Assembly: GCA_965200535.1 (NCBI GenBank)
Contig: CBDAUF010000001.1
Coordinates: 519,821 to 583,820 of the forward strand
DNA from: Alphaproteobacteria bacterium
GTDB lineage: Bacteria; Pseudomonadota; Alphaproteobacteria; MPNO01
Reading direction: 5' to 3'
DNA length: 64,000 nt
Shown piece after piece: positions 1 through 10,984 of this stretch (the stretch's first letter is position 1; each line of letters opens with the position of its first letter). The notes beneath the pieces are model-generated. The model was not told the DNA's origin and searched no databases. It saw only the letters and a list, made by a program, of their open reading frames with translations. The position numbers and the translations under genes are program-made.

Positions 1-873
1 GCCGCGGTATCGGTGACCGACGGTATGGCGGCGGCCGCCCTCGGCAGCGACACCGCGGGGTCGGTCCGCATGCCGGCGGGCTTCTGCGGGCTCACCGGTT
101 TCAAGCCGACCGTGGGCCGCATCCCGACCGACGGCCTCGTGCCGCTGTCCTTCGCGCTGGACAGCGTCGGACCGCTGGGCAACAGCGTCGGGTGCTGCGC
201 CATGGTCGATGCGGTCTTCGCCGGTGAACGGCCGGAGCCCGTCGCCCCGCATCCGGTCGAGCACGCGACGATCGCGGTGCCGAAGCGCCTCGTCACCGAG
301 GATCTCGACGATGCCGTCGCCAGCGCCTTCGAGGCTGCGCTGAACCGCCTGTCGCGGGCCGGCGCGCGGATCGTCGATATCGAATTCGCCGAGCTGGAGG
401 AGATCGCGGCGCTCAACGCCACGGCGACGCTGACCATTATCGAGGCCCATGCCTGGCACCGCGAACTGCTGGAGGAACGCGGCGACTTCTACGATCCCGT
501 CATCGGCCGCCGCCTCAAGAGCGGCGCGGCGATCCCGGCATCCGTCTATATCGACCTGCTCGCCGGACGCCGCGACCTCAACCGGCGCGCCGATGCCATC
601 ACCGCGCCCTTCGATGCGGTCGCCATGCCGACGCTGGCGTGGGTCGCACCGCCCATCGCGTCGATCGGCAACAGCGACGCGGAATGGCTGGCCGCCAACG
701 CCCGCACCCTCCGCAACACCTTCGTCGGCAACTTCCTCGACCGCTGCGCGATCACCCTACCATGCCACGAGCCGGGGTCCGCACCCGTCGGCTTCATGCT
801 GATGGGCGCGCACGGCGGCGATGCCGCGCTGCTGCGGCTGGCCGCCGGGGTGGAGGCGGCGCTGGTGCGGTGA
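1..873 (+). CDS. amidase-signature family amidase, 5' end outside window
   Basis: The reading frame is open from position 1; the ORF track starts at 13. The translation carries the GSDTAGSVR amidase-signature Ser-cisSer-Lys region and a GGSS-like core. Confidence 0.8.
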   Translation, partial: AAVSVTDGMAAAALGSDTAGSVRMPAGFCGLTGFKPTVGRIPTDGLVPLSFALDSVGPLGNSVGCCAMVDAVFAGERPEPVAPHPVEHATIAVPKRLVTEDLDDAVASAFEAALNRLSRAGARIVDIEFAELEEIAALNATATLTIIEAHAWHRELLEERGDFYDPVIGRRLKSGAAIPASVYIDLLAGRRDLNRRADAITAPFDAVAMPTLAWVAPPIASIGNSDAEWLAANARTLRNTFVGNFLDRCAITLPCHEPGSAPVGFMLMGAHGGDAALLRLAAGVEAALVR

Positions 874-897
874 GACCGGGGAAAGACGCGGGCGCGC

Positions 898-1674
898 CTA
901 CCTGTCGGCGAAGTCGGGTTTCCGCTTCTCGATGAAGGCCGCCATGCCCTCGCCCTGATCGGCGGTGCCGAAGGTCGCCTGGAACAGCCTGCGCTCGAAG
1001 CGCACCCCCTCGCTGAGCGACACCTCGTAGGACCGGTTGACCGACTCCTTGACCATCAGGGCAATCGGCAGCGAGGCGCCGGCGATCTTTGCCGCCGCCT
1101 CCATCGCCTCGTCGATCAGCCGGTCGGGCGCGACGATCCGGCTGACCAGCCCGGCGCGCTCGGCTTCCTTGGCGTCCATCATCCGCCCCGTGAGGCACAT
1201 GTCCATCGCCTTCGACTTGCCGACCAGACGGGTCAGCCGCTGGGTGCCGCCCGCTCCCGGGGTGACCCCGAGCGCGATCTCCGGCTGGCCGAAGCGCGCG
1301 GTGTCGGCGGCGATGATGAAATCGCACATCATCGCGAGTTCGCAGCCGCCGCCCAGCGCATAGCCCGCCACCGCCGCGATTATCGGCTTGCGGCAATTCA
1401 GGATGGATTCCCACTCGGCGGTGATGAAGTCCTCGGTATACGTTCCGGGCCAGTCCTTGGACTGCATCTCCTTGATGTCGGCGCCGGCGGCGAAGGCCTT
1501 TTCGGAGCCGGTCAGCACCATCGCCCGGATTGCCGGGTCGGCCTCGAACGCGGAGAGCGCGGCGCCGAGTTCGCGCACCAGCGGGGTCGACAGGGCGTTG
1601 AGCGCCTGCGGGCGGTCGAGGGTGATCAACCCGACCGAATCGCGGGTCTCGACGACGATGTTTTGGTAAGCCAT
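898..1674 (-). CDS. enoyl-CoA hydratase/isomerase (crotonase) family protein
   Basis: An internal ATG at 1674 begins [57 protein letters not shown] and GQPEIALG are classic crotonase-fold motifs. The 898..2037 ORF upstream of this Met is Arg/Pro-rich junk. Confidence 0.85.
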   Translation of the reverse strand: MAYQNIVVETRDSVGLITLDRPQALNALSTPLVRELGAALSAFEADPAIRAMVLTGSEKAFAAGADIKEMQSKDWPGTYTEDFITAEWESILNCRKPIIAAVAGYALGGGCELAMMCDFIIAADTARFGQPEIALGVTPGAGGTQRLTRLVGKSKAMDMCLTGRMMDAKEAERAGLVSRIVAPDRLIDEAMEAAAKIAGASLPIALMVKESVNRSYEVSLSEGVRFERRLFQATFGTADQGEGMAAFIEKRKPDFADR

Positions 1675-1688
1675 GGGCGCCTCTTCTG

Positions 1689-2084
1689 TCAGGGGGCGGA
1701 AAGGTTCCGGGTCAGCAGGAAGCGCGCCGCGGTGTCGCCGTGCGCGGTTGCGAGATCGAGTTCGAGAACCTCGCCGCCGCGGCGGTAGCGGTCCGGCAGC
1801 GGGCAGCGCGAAGCCGCGCATTCGGGTTCCCAGCCGAGCGGCGGCAGGGCGCTGCGGTAGAACAGCCGGACCGCCGCCGGTTCCACCGGCCCGGACGCCA
1901 CCGCGATCGTCGCCTGGCCCTTCTCGTGGTCGAACACCACCGAGGCATCGGGCTGTTCGGCGAGCCCCGGCATCAGCGGCAGGTCGCGCAGCACGGAAAA
2001 GAAATCGCGGGCGTTCGCACTCGGAGCCGCCGCGCATACGGCCAGTACGACCGCCGCCGCCAGCCGGACCCGGTTCATCGCCAT
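1689..2084 (-). CDS. hypothetical exported protein (signal peptide)
   Basis: The N-terminus [25 protein letters not shown] looks like a Sec signal peptide. The gene sits 3 nt downstream of the mutM stop and 14 nt upstream of the hydratase start, so co-transcription is likely. I recognise no family. Confidence 0.45.
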   Translation of the reverse strand: MAMNRVRLAAAVVLAVCAAAPSANARDFFSVLRDLPLMPGLAEQPDASVVFDHEKGQATIAVASGPVEPAAVRLFYRSALPPLGWEPECAASRCPLPDRYRRGGEVLELDLATAHGDTAARFLLTRNLSAP

Positions 2085-2087
2085 CCC

Positions 2088-2930
2088 TCAGCGCTGCCTT
2101 GCAGCGCAGTAGAAGGTGGAGCGCCCCGACTGGACGATCCGGCGGACCGCGCCGCCGCAGTCGCAGCCCGGGCAGGGCTCGCCCTCGCGCCCGTAGACCT
2201 TGAACCGGTGCTGGAAATAGCCGAGTTCGCCGTCGGGCGCGGCGTGGTCGCGGAGCGACGACCCCCCGGCGGCGATCGCCGAGGCGAGGGTCTCGCGGAT
2301 CGCGCGTGCGAGGCGGCCGGCGCGGGTGCGGCCGATGTTGGCGGCCTGGCGGCGGGGCGAGATCCCAGCCGCGAACAGGCTCTCGCAGGCGTAGATGTTG
2401 CCGAGCCCGGCGACGACCCGCTGGTCGAGCAGCGCCGCCTTGACTGGCGTGCGCCGCCCTTCAAGCAATCGCGCCAGCCGGGCGCCGTCGAAATCCGCCC
2501 CGGTCGGCTCGGGCCCGAGACCGGCAAGCAGGGGATGACCGGCCAGGCCCCCCTCAGGAATCCAGTCCATCATGCCGAACCGCCTGGGGTCGGCGAAGCG
2601 CACGAAAGTCCGGTTGCCGAGCACGAAGGTGACGTGCTCGTGGTTCGCAAACCGGCCGGGGGCGCGCCCCCGGCCGTCGTCGTCCACGATCATGCGGCCC
2701 GACATGCCGAGATGGGCCAGCAGCACCCCGCCGTCGTCGAGACCGATGGTGAGATACTTCGCGCGCCGGCCGACTCCGGTCACCGTCCGTCCGACGAGGC
2801 GCTGCTCGAAATCGGCGGGGAGCGGACGGCGCAGATCGCGGCGCGCAACGCGCACTCCGTCGATGCGCCGGCCTTCCATCGCGCGCGCGAGGCCGCGCCG
2901 GACAGTCTCCACCTCGGGCAGTTCGGGCAT
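2088..2930 (-). CDS. mutM: formamidopyrimidine-DNA glycosylase
   Basis: The internal start [14 protein letters not shown] is the invariant Fpg N-terminus (Pro2/Glu3). The C-terminus has the CPxCxxxxxxxxxxGRxTxxC zinc finger ([23 protein letters not shown]). Length is 280 aa. Confidence 0.9.
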   Translation of the reverse strand: MPELPEVETVRRGLARAMEGRRIDGVRVARRDLRRPLPADFEQRLVGRTVTGVGRRAKYLTIGLDDGGVLLAHLGMSGRMIVDDDGRGRAPGRFANHEHVTFVLGNRTFVRFADPRRFGMMDWIPEGGLAGHPLLAGLGPEPTGADFDGARLARLLEGRRTPVKAALLDQRVVAGLGNIYACESLFAAGISPRRQAANIGRTRAGRLARAIRETLASAIAAGGSSLRDHAAPDGELGYFQHRFKVYGREGEPCPGCDCGGAVRRIVQSGRSTFYCAARQR

Positions 2931-3014
2931 GCCGCAAACTAGCGCATTTTCGCTCCGAGTCGAACCGGTCCGCCGGAGCGCCCCGGTGCGTCGCAAACCT
3001 GCGGTGCCGCGTCG

Positions 3015-3824
3015 TTGGCGATGCCCGCGGGTGCGGCTATGGTCCCTCCCATGGCGAAACGACCGGACTTTGCGGGAACGCGGCCGGGGACCGGGGAGGT
3101 GCCGTTCGGTTTCGAGCGGCTCGATTCTGCGGAGCATGCGCGGCGCGTGCGCGGCGTCTTCGCCTCGGTCGCGCGGCGCTACGACCTGATGAACGACCTG
3201 ATGAGCGGAGGTCTCCACCGGCTGTGGAAAATGGCCATGATCGACTGGCTCGAACCGCGTCCCGGCTGGACGATCATCGACATCGCGGGCGGTACGGGAG
3301 ACATCGCGCTCGGCATCCTCGCCCGCGCCGAGGCTGAGGTGATCGTCTGCGACCCCGGCTTCGAGATGCTGGAGGCAGGGGTCGACCGCGCGCTCGACCG
3401 CGGGCGCGTTCCCGACATCCGCTTCGTGGCGGGACGGGCGGAGGCCCTGCCGTTTCCCTCCGGGACAGCGGATGCCTGCACCATCTCGTTCGGGCTCAGG
3501 AATGTCAGCGACCGGGCGGCGGCGCTCGCCGAGGCGCGGCGCGTTCTCAGGCCCGGCGGCCGTTTTCTGTGCCTCGAGTTCAGCCGGCTGGCGGCGCCCG
3601 CCCTGCGGCCGCTCTACGACATCTACTCGTTCCAGGTGCTGCCCCGCCTCGGGGCGGCGGTGGCCGGCGACGCGGACTCCTACCGCTATCTGGCGGAAAG
3701 CATTCGCACATTCCCCGACCAGGAAACGCTGGCCGCCGAGCTCCGCGCCGCCGGTTTCGGAGCCGTGGACTACCGCAACCTGAGTGTCGGCATCGCGGCC
3801 CTGCACTCGGCCTGGCGAACCTGA
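3015..3824 (+). CDS. ubiE: ubiquinone/menaquinone biosynthesis C-methyltransferase UbiE
   Basis: [17 protein letters not shown] is the UbiE signature, and DIAGGTGD is the SAM-binding motif. The start codon is ambiguous: TTG 3015, or ATG at 3021, 3039 or 3051. Confidence 0.9.
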   Translation: MAMPAGAAMVPPMAKRPDFAGTRPGTGEVPFGFERLDSAEHARRVRGVFASVARRYDLMNDLMSGGLHRLWKMAMIDWLEPRPGWTIIDIAGGTGDIALGILARAEAEVIVCDPGFEMLEAGVDRALDRGRVPDIRFVAGRAEALPFPSGTADACTISFGLRNVSDRAAALAEARRVLRPGGRFLCLEFSRLAAPALRPLYDIYSFQVLPRLGAAVAGDADSYRYLAESIRTFPDQETLAAELRAAGFGAVDYRNLSVGIAALHSAWRT

Positions 3825-3827
3825 TCG

Positions 3828-5483
3828 ATGTTTGATGGGCTCCGCAACCTTCACCGCATCTGGCGCATCGTCCGCACGCTCGCCCGCCACGACGCACTGT
3901 CGGCGTTCGGACCGGTCCGGGGGCACACCGGGCTAACGTTTGCGCTTCGCGTCCTTGGCATCCCGCGCGTCCCGGCGTCGGCGACGCAGCGGCCGGGCGA
4001 GCGGCTGGCGGCGGCGATGATTGCGCTTGGGCCGGCCTTTGTGAAGCTCGGGCAATCGCTGTCCGTGCGCTCCGACCTCGTGGGCGAGGAAATCGCCGCC
4101 GATCTGGAACGTCTGCAGGATCGCCTGGACCCCTCTCCCGGCGCGGACGCCCGCGCGACCATCGAGAAAGAGCTGGGCCGCAAGCTGGAAGAGCTTTTTT
4201 CCTTCTTCGATGAGGAGGCAGTCGCCGCGGCTTCGATCGCACAGGTGCACCGCGCCGTGACCACCGAGGGGGTCGAGGTGGCGGTCAAGGTGCTGCATCC
4301 CGGTATCGAGGCAGCCTTCGACCGCGATCTCGATCTGATGCGCTGGCTGGCGCGGATGGTCTCCGGGCTTTCCCAAATGTTCGACCGGTACAGGCCGGTC
4401 GAGGTGGTCGAAACCTTCGCCGAGACGGCCCTGATGGAGATCGACCTTCGTCTGGAAGCGGCGGCGGCGCACGAACTGCGGGCCAATTTCGAGGAGACCG
4501 AAGGGTTCCGGGTACCCATAGTAGACTGGCAGCGCACCGCCCGGCGCGTACTCACGTCGAGCTGGGTCGAGGGTGTTCCCATTCACGACCGCGAACGGCT
4601 CGAAGCCGAGGGGCACGACCTCGCGAAGATCGTCACGCTGGTGGCGTCGGTCATGTTTTTCCAGATCTTCCGCGACGGGTTTTTTCACGGCGATCTGCAC
4701 CCGGGGAACCTGCTGATCGACAGCGAAGGGCGGGTGCACGCGGTCGATTTCGGCATCATGGGGCGGCTCGATCGCCCGACCCGGCGCTATCTCGCAGATA
4801 TGCTGTATTCGTTCCTGGTGCGCGACTATCGCCGGGTCGCCGAAATCCATATCGAGGCCGGGCTGGTGCCCCGCGACCAGTCGGTCGACGCCTTCGCGCA
4901 GGCCGCGTGCTCGATCGCCGAGCCGATCCTGGGCGTGCCGCTCAACGAGATATCCTTCGCGCGGCTGGTCGGCCAGCTTTTCCTCGTGGCGAAGCGTTTC
5001 AAGATGGAGGTGCAGCCCCAGCTCCTGCTGCTGCAAAAGACCATGCTGGTCGCCGAGGGGGCGGGGCGCCGCCTGCATCCGGAAACCAACATGTGGGAGC
5101 TCGCCCGGCCGCTGATCGAGGAATGGATGACCGAACAGCTGGGGCCGGCGGCGCGGGTGCGCGACACCGTCGGAACCCTGTCGGATGCGCTTGCGCGTCT
5201 TCCCCGGGCGCTCGGCGAGATCGAGCGGGCGGCCGATACGCTTGCCCAGAACCGCGTCCGGCTCGATCCGGAGACCGTGGCCGCGCTCGCCGACAGCATA
5301 TCGCGGCGCAACAGCGCGCGCTGGGTGTGGATCGTTGTTTTCGCGCTGGCAGCTGCCGCCGTGCTTGCGTGGTCGTCGGCCGATGCATCGTCTTCCGGGC
5401 GGACCGCCGCGTCGGGTATCATGGAGCCGCTGTACGAAGCGTGCGGACCGGTCGGATGCTTGACGGCAAACGCATACTCTTGA
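3828..5483 (+). CDS. ubiB: ubiquinone biosynthesis regulatory protein kinase UbiB (ABC1/ADCK family)
   Basis: It lies directly after ubiE, which is conserved synteny. ABC1 kinase-like motifs are present ([25 protein letters not shown]). The C-terminus has a TM segment typical of UbiB. Confidence 0.85.
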   Translation: MFDGLRNLHRIWRIVRTLARHDALSAFGPVRGHTGLTFALRVLGIPRVPASATQRPGERLAAAMIALGPAFVKLGQSLSVRSDLVGEEIAADLERLQDRLDPSPGADARATIEKELGRKLEELFSFFDEEAVAAASIAQVHRAVTTEGVEVAVKVLHPGIEAAFDRDLDLMRWLARMVSGLSQMFDRYRPVEVVETFAETALMEIDLRLEAAAAHELRANFEETEGFRVPIVDWQRTARRVLTSSWVEGVPIHDRERLEAEGHDLAKIVTLVASVMFFQIFRDGFFHGDLHPGNLLIDSEGRVHAVDFGIMGRLDRPTRRYLADMLYSFLVRDYRRVAEIHIEAGLVPRDQSVDAFAQAACSIAEPILGVPLNEISFARLVGQLFLVAKRFKMEVQPQLLLLQKTMLVAEGAGRRLHPETNMWELARPLIEEWMTEQLGPAARVRDTVGTLSDALARLPRALGEIERAADTLAQNRVRLDPETVAALADSISRRNSARWVWIVVFALAAAAVLAWSSADASSSGRTAASGIMEPLYEACGPVGCLTANAYS

Positions 5484-6673
5484 TCGTGGCCGGCGGGATC
5501 GCTGCCTACAAGACTCTTGAACTGACCCGCCGTCTCGTCGAGCGCGGCGCGTCGGTCCGCTGCGTGCTGACCGCGGCCGGGGCCGAGTTCGTCACCCCCC
5601 TCTCGCTCGCCGCCCTCAGCGGCGACAGGGTGTACCAGGATCTGTTTTCCCTCACCGACGAGCACGAGATGGGGCATATCCGGCTGTCGCGCGATGCCGA
5701 CCTGTTGGTGGTCGCTCCGGCGACGGCGGACATTCTCGCCCGGATGGCCGGCGGCCTCGCCGGCGATCTCGCGACCACGCTGCTGCTCGCCACCGACAAG
5801 GATGTGCTGGCTGCGCCGGCGATGAACGTGCGGATGTGGGAGCACGCGGCGACACGGGCCAACATTGCCGTCCTTCGAGAACGCGGCGTCGGCATCATCG
5901 GGCCGGATGAAGGGCCCATGGCCTGCGGCGAGCACGGCCCGGGCCGGATGGCCGAGCCCGCCGCCATCGTCGCCGCGATCGAGGCCCGTTTCGCAGGCCG
6001 GCGCCGGCTCGACGGCCGCGCCGCCCTGGTGACCAGCGGCCCCACCTGGGAGGCGATCGATCCGGTCCGTTTCATCGGCAACCGTTCGTCCGGCAAGCAG
6101 GGCCACGCGATCGCCGCGGCGCTGGCGCGGGCCGGCGCGCGGACCAGGCTGGTGACCGGCCCGACCGGCGAACCCGATCCGGCGGGAGTCGAGATCGTCC
6201 GCGTCGAATCCGCGCGCGAAATGCTGGAGGCCTGCCGGGCGGCCGTGCCGGCGGATGTCGCCGTTTTCGCCGCGGCGGTTGCCGACTGGCGCCCGGCCCG
6301 CCAGACCGACCGCAAGATCAAGAAATCGGCCGGCGCGCCGAACGCGGTCGAACTGGTGGAAAACCCGGACGTGCTGGCCTCGATCGCGGCCCCGGGCAAC
6401 GCCCGGCCGGCGCTCGTCGTCGGTTTTGCGGCGGAGACCGAGAACGTCGCGGAGAACGCCCGCAGAAAGCGCGCGGCCAAGGGCTGCGACTGGATCCTCG
6501 CCAACGACGTCGCCCCGGGTTCGGGGACCTTCGGCGGCGACCAAAACACCATCCGTCTGGTGAGCGCGGACGGGATCGAGGACTGGCCGACGCTGTCGAA
6601 GAGCGCGGTCGCCGAGCGGCTGGCAAGCCGGATCGCGGACTGGTTCGACGCGCGCGCCGGGGCCGCCGGATGA
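5456..6673 (+). CDS. coaBC: bifunctional phosphopantothenoylcysteine decarboxylase / phosphopantothenate--cysteine ligase
   Basis: [19 protein letters not shown] is the flavoprotein N-terminus. [10 protein letters not shown] is present, and the C-terminal CoaB domain carries KIKK. Length is 405 aa. The gene overlaps the ubiB 3' end by 28 nt. Confidence 0.9.
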   Translation: MLDGKRILLIVAGGIAAYKTLELTRRLVERGASVRCVLTAAGAEFVTPLSLAALSGDRVYQDLFSLTDEHEMGHIRLSRDADLLVVAPATADILARMAGGLAGDLATTLLLATDKDVLAAPAMNVRMWEHAATRANIAVLRERGVGIIGPDEGPMACGEHGPGRMAEPAAIVAAIEARFAGRRRLDGRAALVTSGPTWEAIDPVRFIGNRSSGKQGHAIAAALARAGARTRLVTGPTGEPDPAGVEIVRVESAREMLEACRAAVPADVAVFAAAVADWRPARQTDRKIKKSAGAPNAVELVENPDVLASIAAPGNARPALVVGFAAETENVAENARRKRAAKGCDWILANDVAPGSGTFGGDQNTIRLVSADGIEDWPTLSKSAVAERLASRIADWFDARAGAAG

Positions 6674-7140
6674 ACGGTATCGCGATCGCGGTGACCCGGC
6701 TCGCCGGGAACGACGACATCGCACTCCCGCGCTACGCGACGGCGCAGTCCGCCGGGCTCGACCTCGCCGCCGCGGTGACGGCGCCGGTGCTGCTGGCGGC
6801 CGGCGACCGGGCGCTGATTCCGACCGGGCTCGCGATCGCCCTGCCGGCCGGTTACGAGGCGCAGATTCGCCCGCGTTCGGGGCTGGCGGCGCGGAACGGC
6901 GTTACGGTGCTGAACGCGCCCGGCACCATCGACTCCGATTACCGGGGCGAGATCGGGGTGGTCCTCGCCAATTTCGGCGCCGCGCCGTTCACCGTCGAGC
7001 GCGGTATGCGCATCGCCCAGATGGTCGTCGCGCCGGTGACGCGGATCGCCTGGGACGAAGTCGATTCGCTGCCCGGCAGCGTGCGCGGCGCGGGCGGGTT
7101 CGGTTCGACCGGAACCGCGTCGCCGCCCGCAGTCCGATGA
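6670..7140 (+). CDS. dut: dUTP diphosphatase
   Basis: The start forms an ATGA overlap with the coaBC stop. Motifs [20 protein letters not shown] and the C-terminal GGFGSTG are the canonical dUTPase motifs. Confidence 0.9.
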   Translation: MNGIAIAVTRLAGNDDIALPRYATAQSAGLDLAAAVTAPVLLAAGDRALIPTGLAIALPAGYEAQIRPRSGLAARNGVTVLNAPGTIDSDYRGEIGVVLANFGAAPFTVERGMRIAQMVVAPVTRIAWDEVDSLPGSVRGAGGFGSTGTASPPAVR

Positions 7141-7898
7141 CCTTCACCGAACAGCAGCTCCAGCGTTACGCACGCCACATCGTCCTGCCCGAGGTCGGCG
7201 GCGTCGGCCAGGCGAAGCTGCTGGCGGCGCGGGTTCTGGTGGTCGGCGCGGGCGGATTGGGCGCGCCGCTCCTGCTTTACCTCGCCGCCGCCGGTGTCGG
7301 CACCGTCGGCGTGATCGACGACGACGCGGTCGATCTTTCCAACCTCCAACGCCAGGTGATCCACGCGACCGACCGCATCGGCATGCCCAAGGTCGAGAGC
7401 GCGGCGGCGGCGGTGGCGGCCGTCAACCCCGAAATCCGGTTCATCGCGCACCGTGCGCGGCTCGACGCCGCCAACGCCGCCGAAATCATCGCCGGATACG
7501 ACGTGATCGCCGACGGCAGCGACAATTTCGAGACCCGGTTCATTCTCAACCACGCCTGCCACGCCGCCGGCAAGATCCTCGTCGCCGCCGCCCTGCTGCG
7601 TTTCGAGGGCCAGCTCGCGACCTTCAAGTCAGGCCTCGGCGAGGGCTTCCCGTGCTATCGCTGCCTGTTCCCGGAACCGCCGCCGCCGGGGATGGTGCCG
7701 ACCTGCGCCGAGGGCGGGGTGCTCGGCGCGCTCGCCGGCGCCATGGGCTCGCTGCAGGCCATCGAGATCCTCAAGGAGGTGATGGGCATCGGCGAGAGCC
7801 TTGCCGGCCACTTTCTGATCTATGACGGGCTGACCACGACGGTCCGCAAGATGACCCTCCGGCGCAACCCCGCCTGCGCGACCTGCGGCGATGGCTAG
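7137..7898 (+). CDS. ThiF/MoeB/HesA-family E1-like adenylyltransferase
   Basis: The start forms an ATGA overlap with the dut stop. It has the Rossmann motif [36 protein letters not shown], and the zinc motif CYRC...C. There is no rhodanese domain (253 aa). Confidence 0.8.
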   Translation: MTFTEQQLQRYARHIVLPEVGGVGQAKLLAARVLVVGAGGLGAPLLLYLAAAGVGTVGVIDDDAVDLSNLQRQVIHATDRIGMPKVESAAAAVAAVNPEIRFIAHRARLDAANAAEIIAGYDVIADGSDNFETRFILNHACHAAGKILVAAALLRFEGQLATFKSGLGEGFPCYRCLFPEPPPPGMVPTCAEGGVLGALAGAMGSLQAIEILKEVMGIGESLAGHFLIYDGLTTTVRKMTLRRNPACATCGDG

Positions 7899-8274
7899 GC
7901 TCTCCATCGTCGTCCATTCGGGCGCTTTCGAGCGCGTCCACTACGCGCTCGTCCTGGCCAGCGCGGCGGCGGCGATCGACCGCGAGGTGACGCTGTTTTT
8001 CACCATGGAAGGCTGCCGCGCCCTGCGTCCGCAGGGAATGCTGGGCCCCTGGGCGGCGGGCGACGGGGCGCTGCGCGAACAGGGCCTCGCAACCCTCGAG
8101 GAACTGCTCGCGGCGGCCGCGGAGTTGGGCGTGCGCTTCCTCGTCTGCGAACTCGGCCTCAGGGCCGTCGGGTTGACGCTGGACGATCTGCGGGACGATC
8201 TCGGTATCCGCGAGGCCGGTGCGGTGACCTTCCTCAACGACGCAGGCGCCGACGCCCAGACGATGTTCGTGTAG
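7891..8274 (+). CDS. DsrE/DsrF/TusD-like sulfur-relay fold protein
   Basis: It overlaps the MoeB-like gene by 8 nt (ATGGCTAG). The ~127 aa DsrE-like fold shows in SIVVHSGAFERVHYALVLA...FFTMEGCRAL, and the conserved Cys lies in the FTMEGC context. Confidence 0.5.
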   Translation: MARLSIVVHSGAFERVHYALVLASAAAAIDREVTLFFTMEGCRALRPQGMLGPWAAGDGALREQGLATLEELLAAAAELGVRFLVCELGLRAVGLTLDDLRDDLGIREAGAVTFLNDAGADAQTMFV

Positions 8275-8280
8275 CGCGCC

Positions 8281-9270
8281 CTACAGCCCGTCGGCCGGGA
8301 TCACGCGGTCGGGAGGCGAATGGCCGTCGACGAATGTCTTGATGTTGATCAGCACCCGCTCGCCCATCGCGATCCGCCCCTCGCGCGTTGCCGAGCCGAG
8401 GTGCGGCGCGAGCACCACGTTGTCCAGGCGGCGCAGCCCCTCGTGGATCGCCGGTTCGCGTTCGTAGACATCGAGCGCTGCGCCGGCGAGCGCGCCGTCG
8501 GCGAGACATCGGGCGAGCGCGGCCTCGTCGATGATCTCGCCGCGCGCCGTGTTGACGATGTAGGCGTGGGGCTGGAGCGCGCGCAGGCGTTCCTCCGACA
8601 GCAGGTGCCGGGTCTCGCTCGTGTGCGGGCAGTTGATCGAGATGAAATCCATGTGGGCCAGCATCTGGTCGAGATCTTCCCACCATGTTGCCTCGAGTTC
8701 GGCCTCGATCTCGGGGTGCGCGCGGCGGCGGTTGTGGTAATGGACCGACATCGCGAAGCCGCGCGCACGGCGCGCCACCGCCTTGCCGATCCGGCCCATG
8801 CCGACGATGCCGAGCCGCTTGCCGGACACCCTGTGCCCCATCATGAAGGTGGGGGTCCAGCCGGCCCATTCGCCGGCCCGCGCGAGCCGGTCGCCCTCGA
8901 CCATGCGGCGCGGCGCGGCCAGCATCAGCGCCATCGTGAGGTCGGCGGTATCCTCGGTAAGGACGCCCGGCGTGTTGGTCACCGCGATCCCGCGCGCGGC
9001 GGCGGCCGCGAGGTCGATATGATCGACCCCGACGCCGAAATTGGCGATCAGCCGCAGCCGGTCCGGCAGGGCCTCGATGACCGGCGCCGCGAGCCGGTCG
9101 GTAACCGTCGGCAGCAGTATGTCGGCGCCGGCGCAGGCGGCGGCGAGCGCCTCGGACGGTATCGGTTCGTCGGTCGGGTTGAACCGCGCCTCGAAGAGTT
9201 CCTCGAGGCGGGTCTCGATCGTCCGCGGCAGTTTCCGCGTGACCAGGACAGCGGGCTTGTCGGTCGTCAT
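8281..9270 (-). CDS. D-isomer-specific 2-hydroxyacid dehydrogenase (glyoxylate/hydroxypyruvate reductase-like)
   Basis: It has the NAD-binding motif GIVGMGRIGKAVARRA and the catalytic region NTARGEIIDEAAL...HLGSAT. The start is the internal ATG at 9270 (MTTDKPAVLVTRKLP). Confidence 0.85.
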   Translation of the reverse strand: MTTDKPAVLVTRKLPRTIETRLEELFEARFNPTDEPIPSEALAAACAGADILLPTVTDRLAAPVIEALPDRLRLIANFGVGVDHIDLAAAAARGIAVTNTPGVLTEDTADLTMALMLAAPRRMVEGDRLARAGEWAGWTPTFMMGHRVSGKRLGIVGMGRIGKAVARRARGFAMSVHYHNRRRAHPEIEAELEATWWEDLDQMLAHMDFISINCPHTSETRHLLSEERLRALQPHAYIVNTARGEIIDEAALARCLADGALAGAALDVYEREPAIHEGLRRLDNVVLAPHLGSATREGRIAMGERVLINIKTFVDGHSPPDRVIPADGL

Positions 9271-9335
9271 CGGTCCTGCCGCTGGCTCCTGTGCGAGGCG
9301 TCTTCCGGCGCGCATTCGTTATACTGCGGCACGGC

Positions 9336-9875
9336 ATGGGTCGAGGTTGCAAATTCCGGCCGCGTCTGCGGATCGCTGCCGCCGTCGGGCTGATCGCATG
9401 GGGCGCGGCGGCCGCGCCGGCCGCGGCGGAGGAACCGGGTCGGCCGGCCGCCGGCAAGGCCACCGCGGCAGAGATGCAGCATCCCCGTTTCCTTTCGCTC
9501 CGCGCCGCCAGGGCCAACGTCCGGGTCGGACCCGGCCGGCGCTACCCCATCGCATGGGTGTTCGTGCGCCGCGGGCTGCCGGTCCGCATCGTCGGCAGGT
9601 TCGAGACCTGGCGGCGCATCCGCGACTGGGAGGGGAGCGAGGGCTGGATCCATCAATCCCTCCTGTCGGCGCGCCGAAGCGTGATCGTCCTCGACGGTCC
9701 CGCGCCGCTGCGCCGCAAGCCCGGTCCGGATGCGGAGCTGGTGGCGCAGGTCGAACGCCGCGCCATCGGCCGGCTGCTGCGATGCAGCGGCGAGTGGTGC
9801 CGGGTCGGGTTCACGGGCCGGCACGGCTGGATCCGGAAGACGGCGGTCTGGGGGATCGGCGCAGCCGGCGACTGA
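9336..9875 (+). CDS. bacterial SH3-domain protein, secreted
   Basis: After a signal peptide (MGRGCKFRPRLRIAAAVGLIAWGAAAAPAAA) come two SH3b-like repeats: ANVRVGPGRRYPIAWVF...PVRIVG and RRKPGPDAELVAQV...GEWCRVGF. The start (9291 or 9336) is uncertain. Confidence 0.55.
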   Translation: MGRGCKFRPRLRIAAAVGLIAWGAAAAPAAAEEPGRPAAGKATAAEMQHPRFLSLRAARANVRVGPGRRYPIAWVFVRRGLPVRIVGRFETWRRIRDWEGSEGWIHQSLLSARRSVIVLDGPAPLRRKPGPDAELVAQVERRAIGRLLRCSGEWCRVGFTGRHGWIRKTAVWGIGAAGD

Positions 9876-9909
9876 GCCGCCGCGTCCGGCGGGAGCGGTC
9901 CTCGCCCGG

Positions 9910-10770
9910 TCACAGGACCGCCGCGTCCTCCGCCATATCCCACCACACGCAACCCATGCCGCAGCGAAGCGATGCGGCCGGTTCGTAGCAGACGGTGCGC
10001 GCCTTGCGGCTGCCGACGGCGCCCATCGCGACGATCCAGGACAGCAGCTCGGTCGTCCCTCCGTCGCCGGCCGCGGCCATCTTCTCGAGCGTCGTCTCGG
10101 CCACCACCTTTTCCGGATCGCCTTCCTCCAGCAGGGCGAGAAAGGCGCGGTCGAAGGCTTCGTCGACGGCGAAATATTTCGGCCCGCCGGGATCGTGGCT
10201 GAGCCCGCCGGTGCCCATGATGGCGACCCGTTCGCCGCGCGGGCGGCAGGTGCGGACGATGTCGGCGATCTCCTGGCCGAGGCGGTAGCAGTCCTCCGGG
10301 CTCGGCAGCGGCGGCACGATGCAGTTCATGTGGATGGGAACCAGCGGGATGTCGTGGTCCGAGGTCAGGTAGAGGAGCGGCACCGACCAGTTGTCGTCGA
10401 ACAGCAGCGCGTCCTTCCAGTCGAGCCGGAGGCCGCGCCTGTCGCCCTCGCGGACCAGCGTTCTCGCGAGTTCCGGGTGGCCCGCGACCTCGTAGTCGGG
10501 GACGTTGAGCCAGTCGGCAAACCACGGAGCCGGACCGGCCCACCGGGCAGCGACGCCGACGCAGAAGTCGGCCGAGGACTCGAGCGGCAGGTTGAGCAGG
10601 TGATCGTTGGCGATGCCCACGATGACGTCCGGACGGGTCTCGCGCAGCATCCGGCCCAGGGCGTGAAAGCCCCGGGTCAGGTTCTCCTGTTCCTCCGCCG
10701 TCGCGCGGTCGAGCCACCCTGTGAGCCCCGGCGCGTGAGACAGCGCACAGACGGCAACGATCTCGGCCAT
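9910..10770 (-). CDS. class III extradiol ring-cleavage dioxygenase, LigB-type catalytic subunit
   Basis: The internal start MAEIVAVCALSHAPG is followed by a LigB-family layout (IVGIANDHL, MGTGGLSHDPGGP). Length is 287 aa. No LigA-like small subunit gene is adjacent. Confidence 0.75.
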   Translation of the reverse strand: MAEIVAVCALSHAPGLTGWLDRATAEEQENLTRGFHALGRMLRETRPDVIVGIANDHLLNLPLESSADFCVGVAARWAGPAPWFADWLNVPDYEVAGHPELARTLVREGDRRGLRLDWKDALLFDDNWSVPLLYLTSDHDIPLVPIHMNCIVPPLPSPEDCYRLGQEIADIVRTCRPRGERVAIMGTGGLSHDPGGPKYFAVDEAFDRAFLALLEEGDPEKVVAETTLEKMAAAGDGGTTELLSWIVAMGAVGSRKARTVCYEPAASLRCGMGCVWWDMAEDAAVL

Positions 10771-10984
10771 GGCAACGACCCCCTCTGTTCGACTCGATCC
10801 TAGCGCATGTGCCGGGCGCCTTGAACCGGGGATCATTCGGACAGTCCGCACACGCCGGTCCGGTCCACCGGTATCGGCCGCTTGGCAAGCGATGCACCGA
10901 TGTCCTAACCTTCGGGCAAGAATACGCACGGTTCCGGCTTGCGAACGCCGACGGGCCGGGGCGCTAACAAAGGGGGGAATCGTG

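Noticed and set aside
9653-10897. 414 aa ORF antisense to the LigB dioxygenase and SH3 protein
   Set aside because: The translation is Arg/Pro/Gly-rich and low-complexity with no recognisable domain. It lies on the opposite strand of a motif-supported gene. This is typical spurious long ORF of 68 % GC DNA.
10769-10984. Upstream 72-codon extension of dctP given in the ORF track (start 10769)
   Set aside because: The extension lacks a signal peptide and would overlap the divergent LigB start codon. The ATG at 10985 gives a proper signal peptide.
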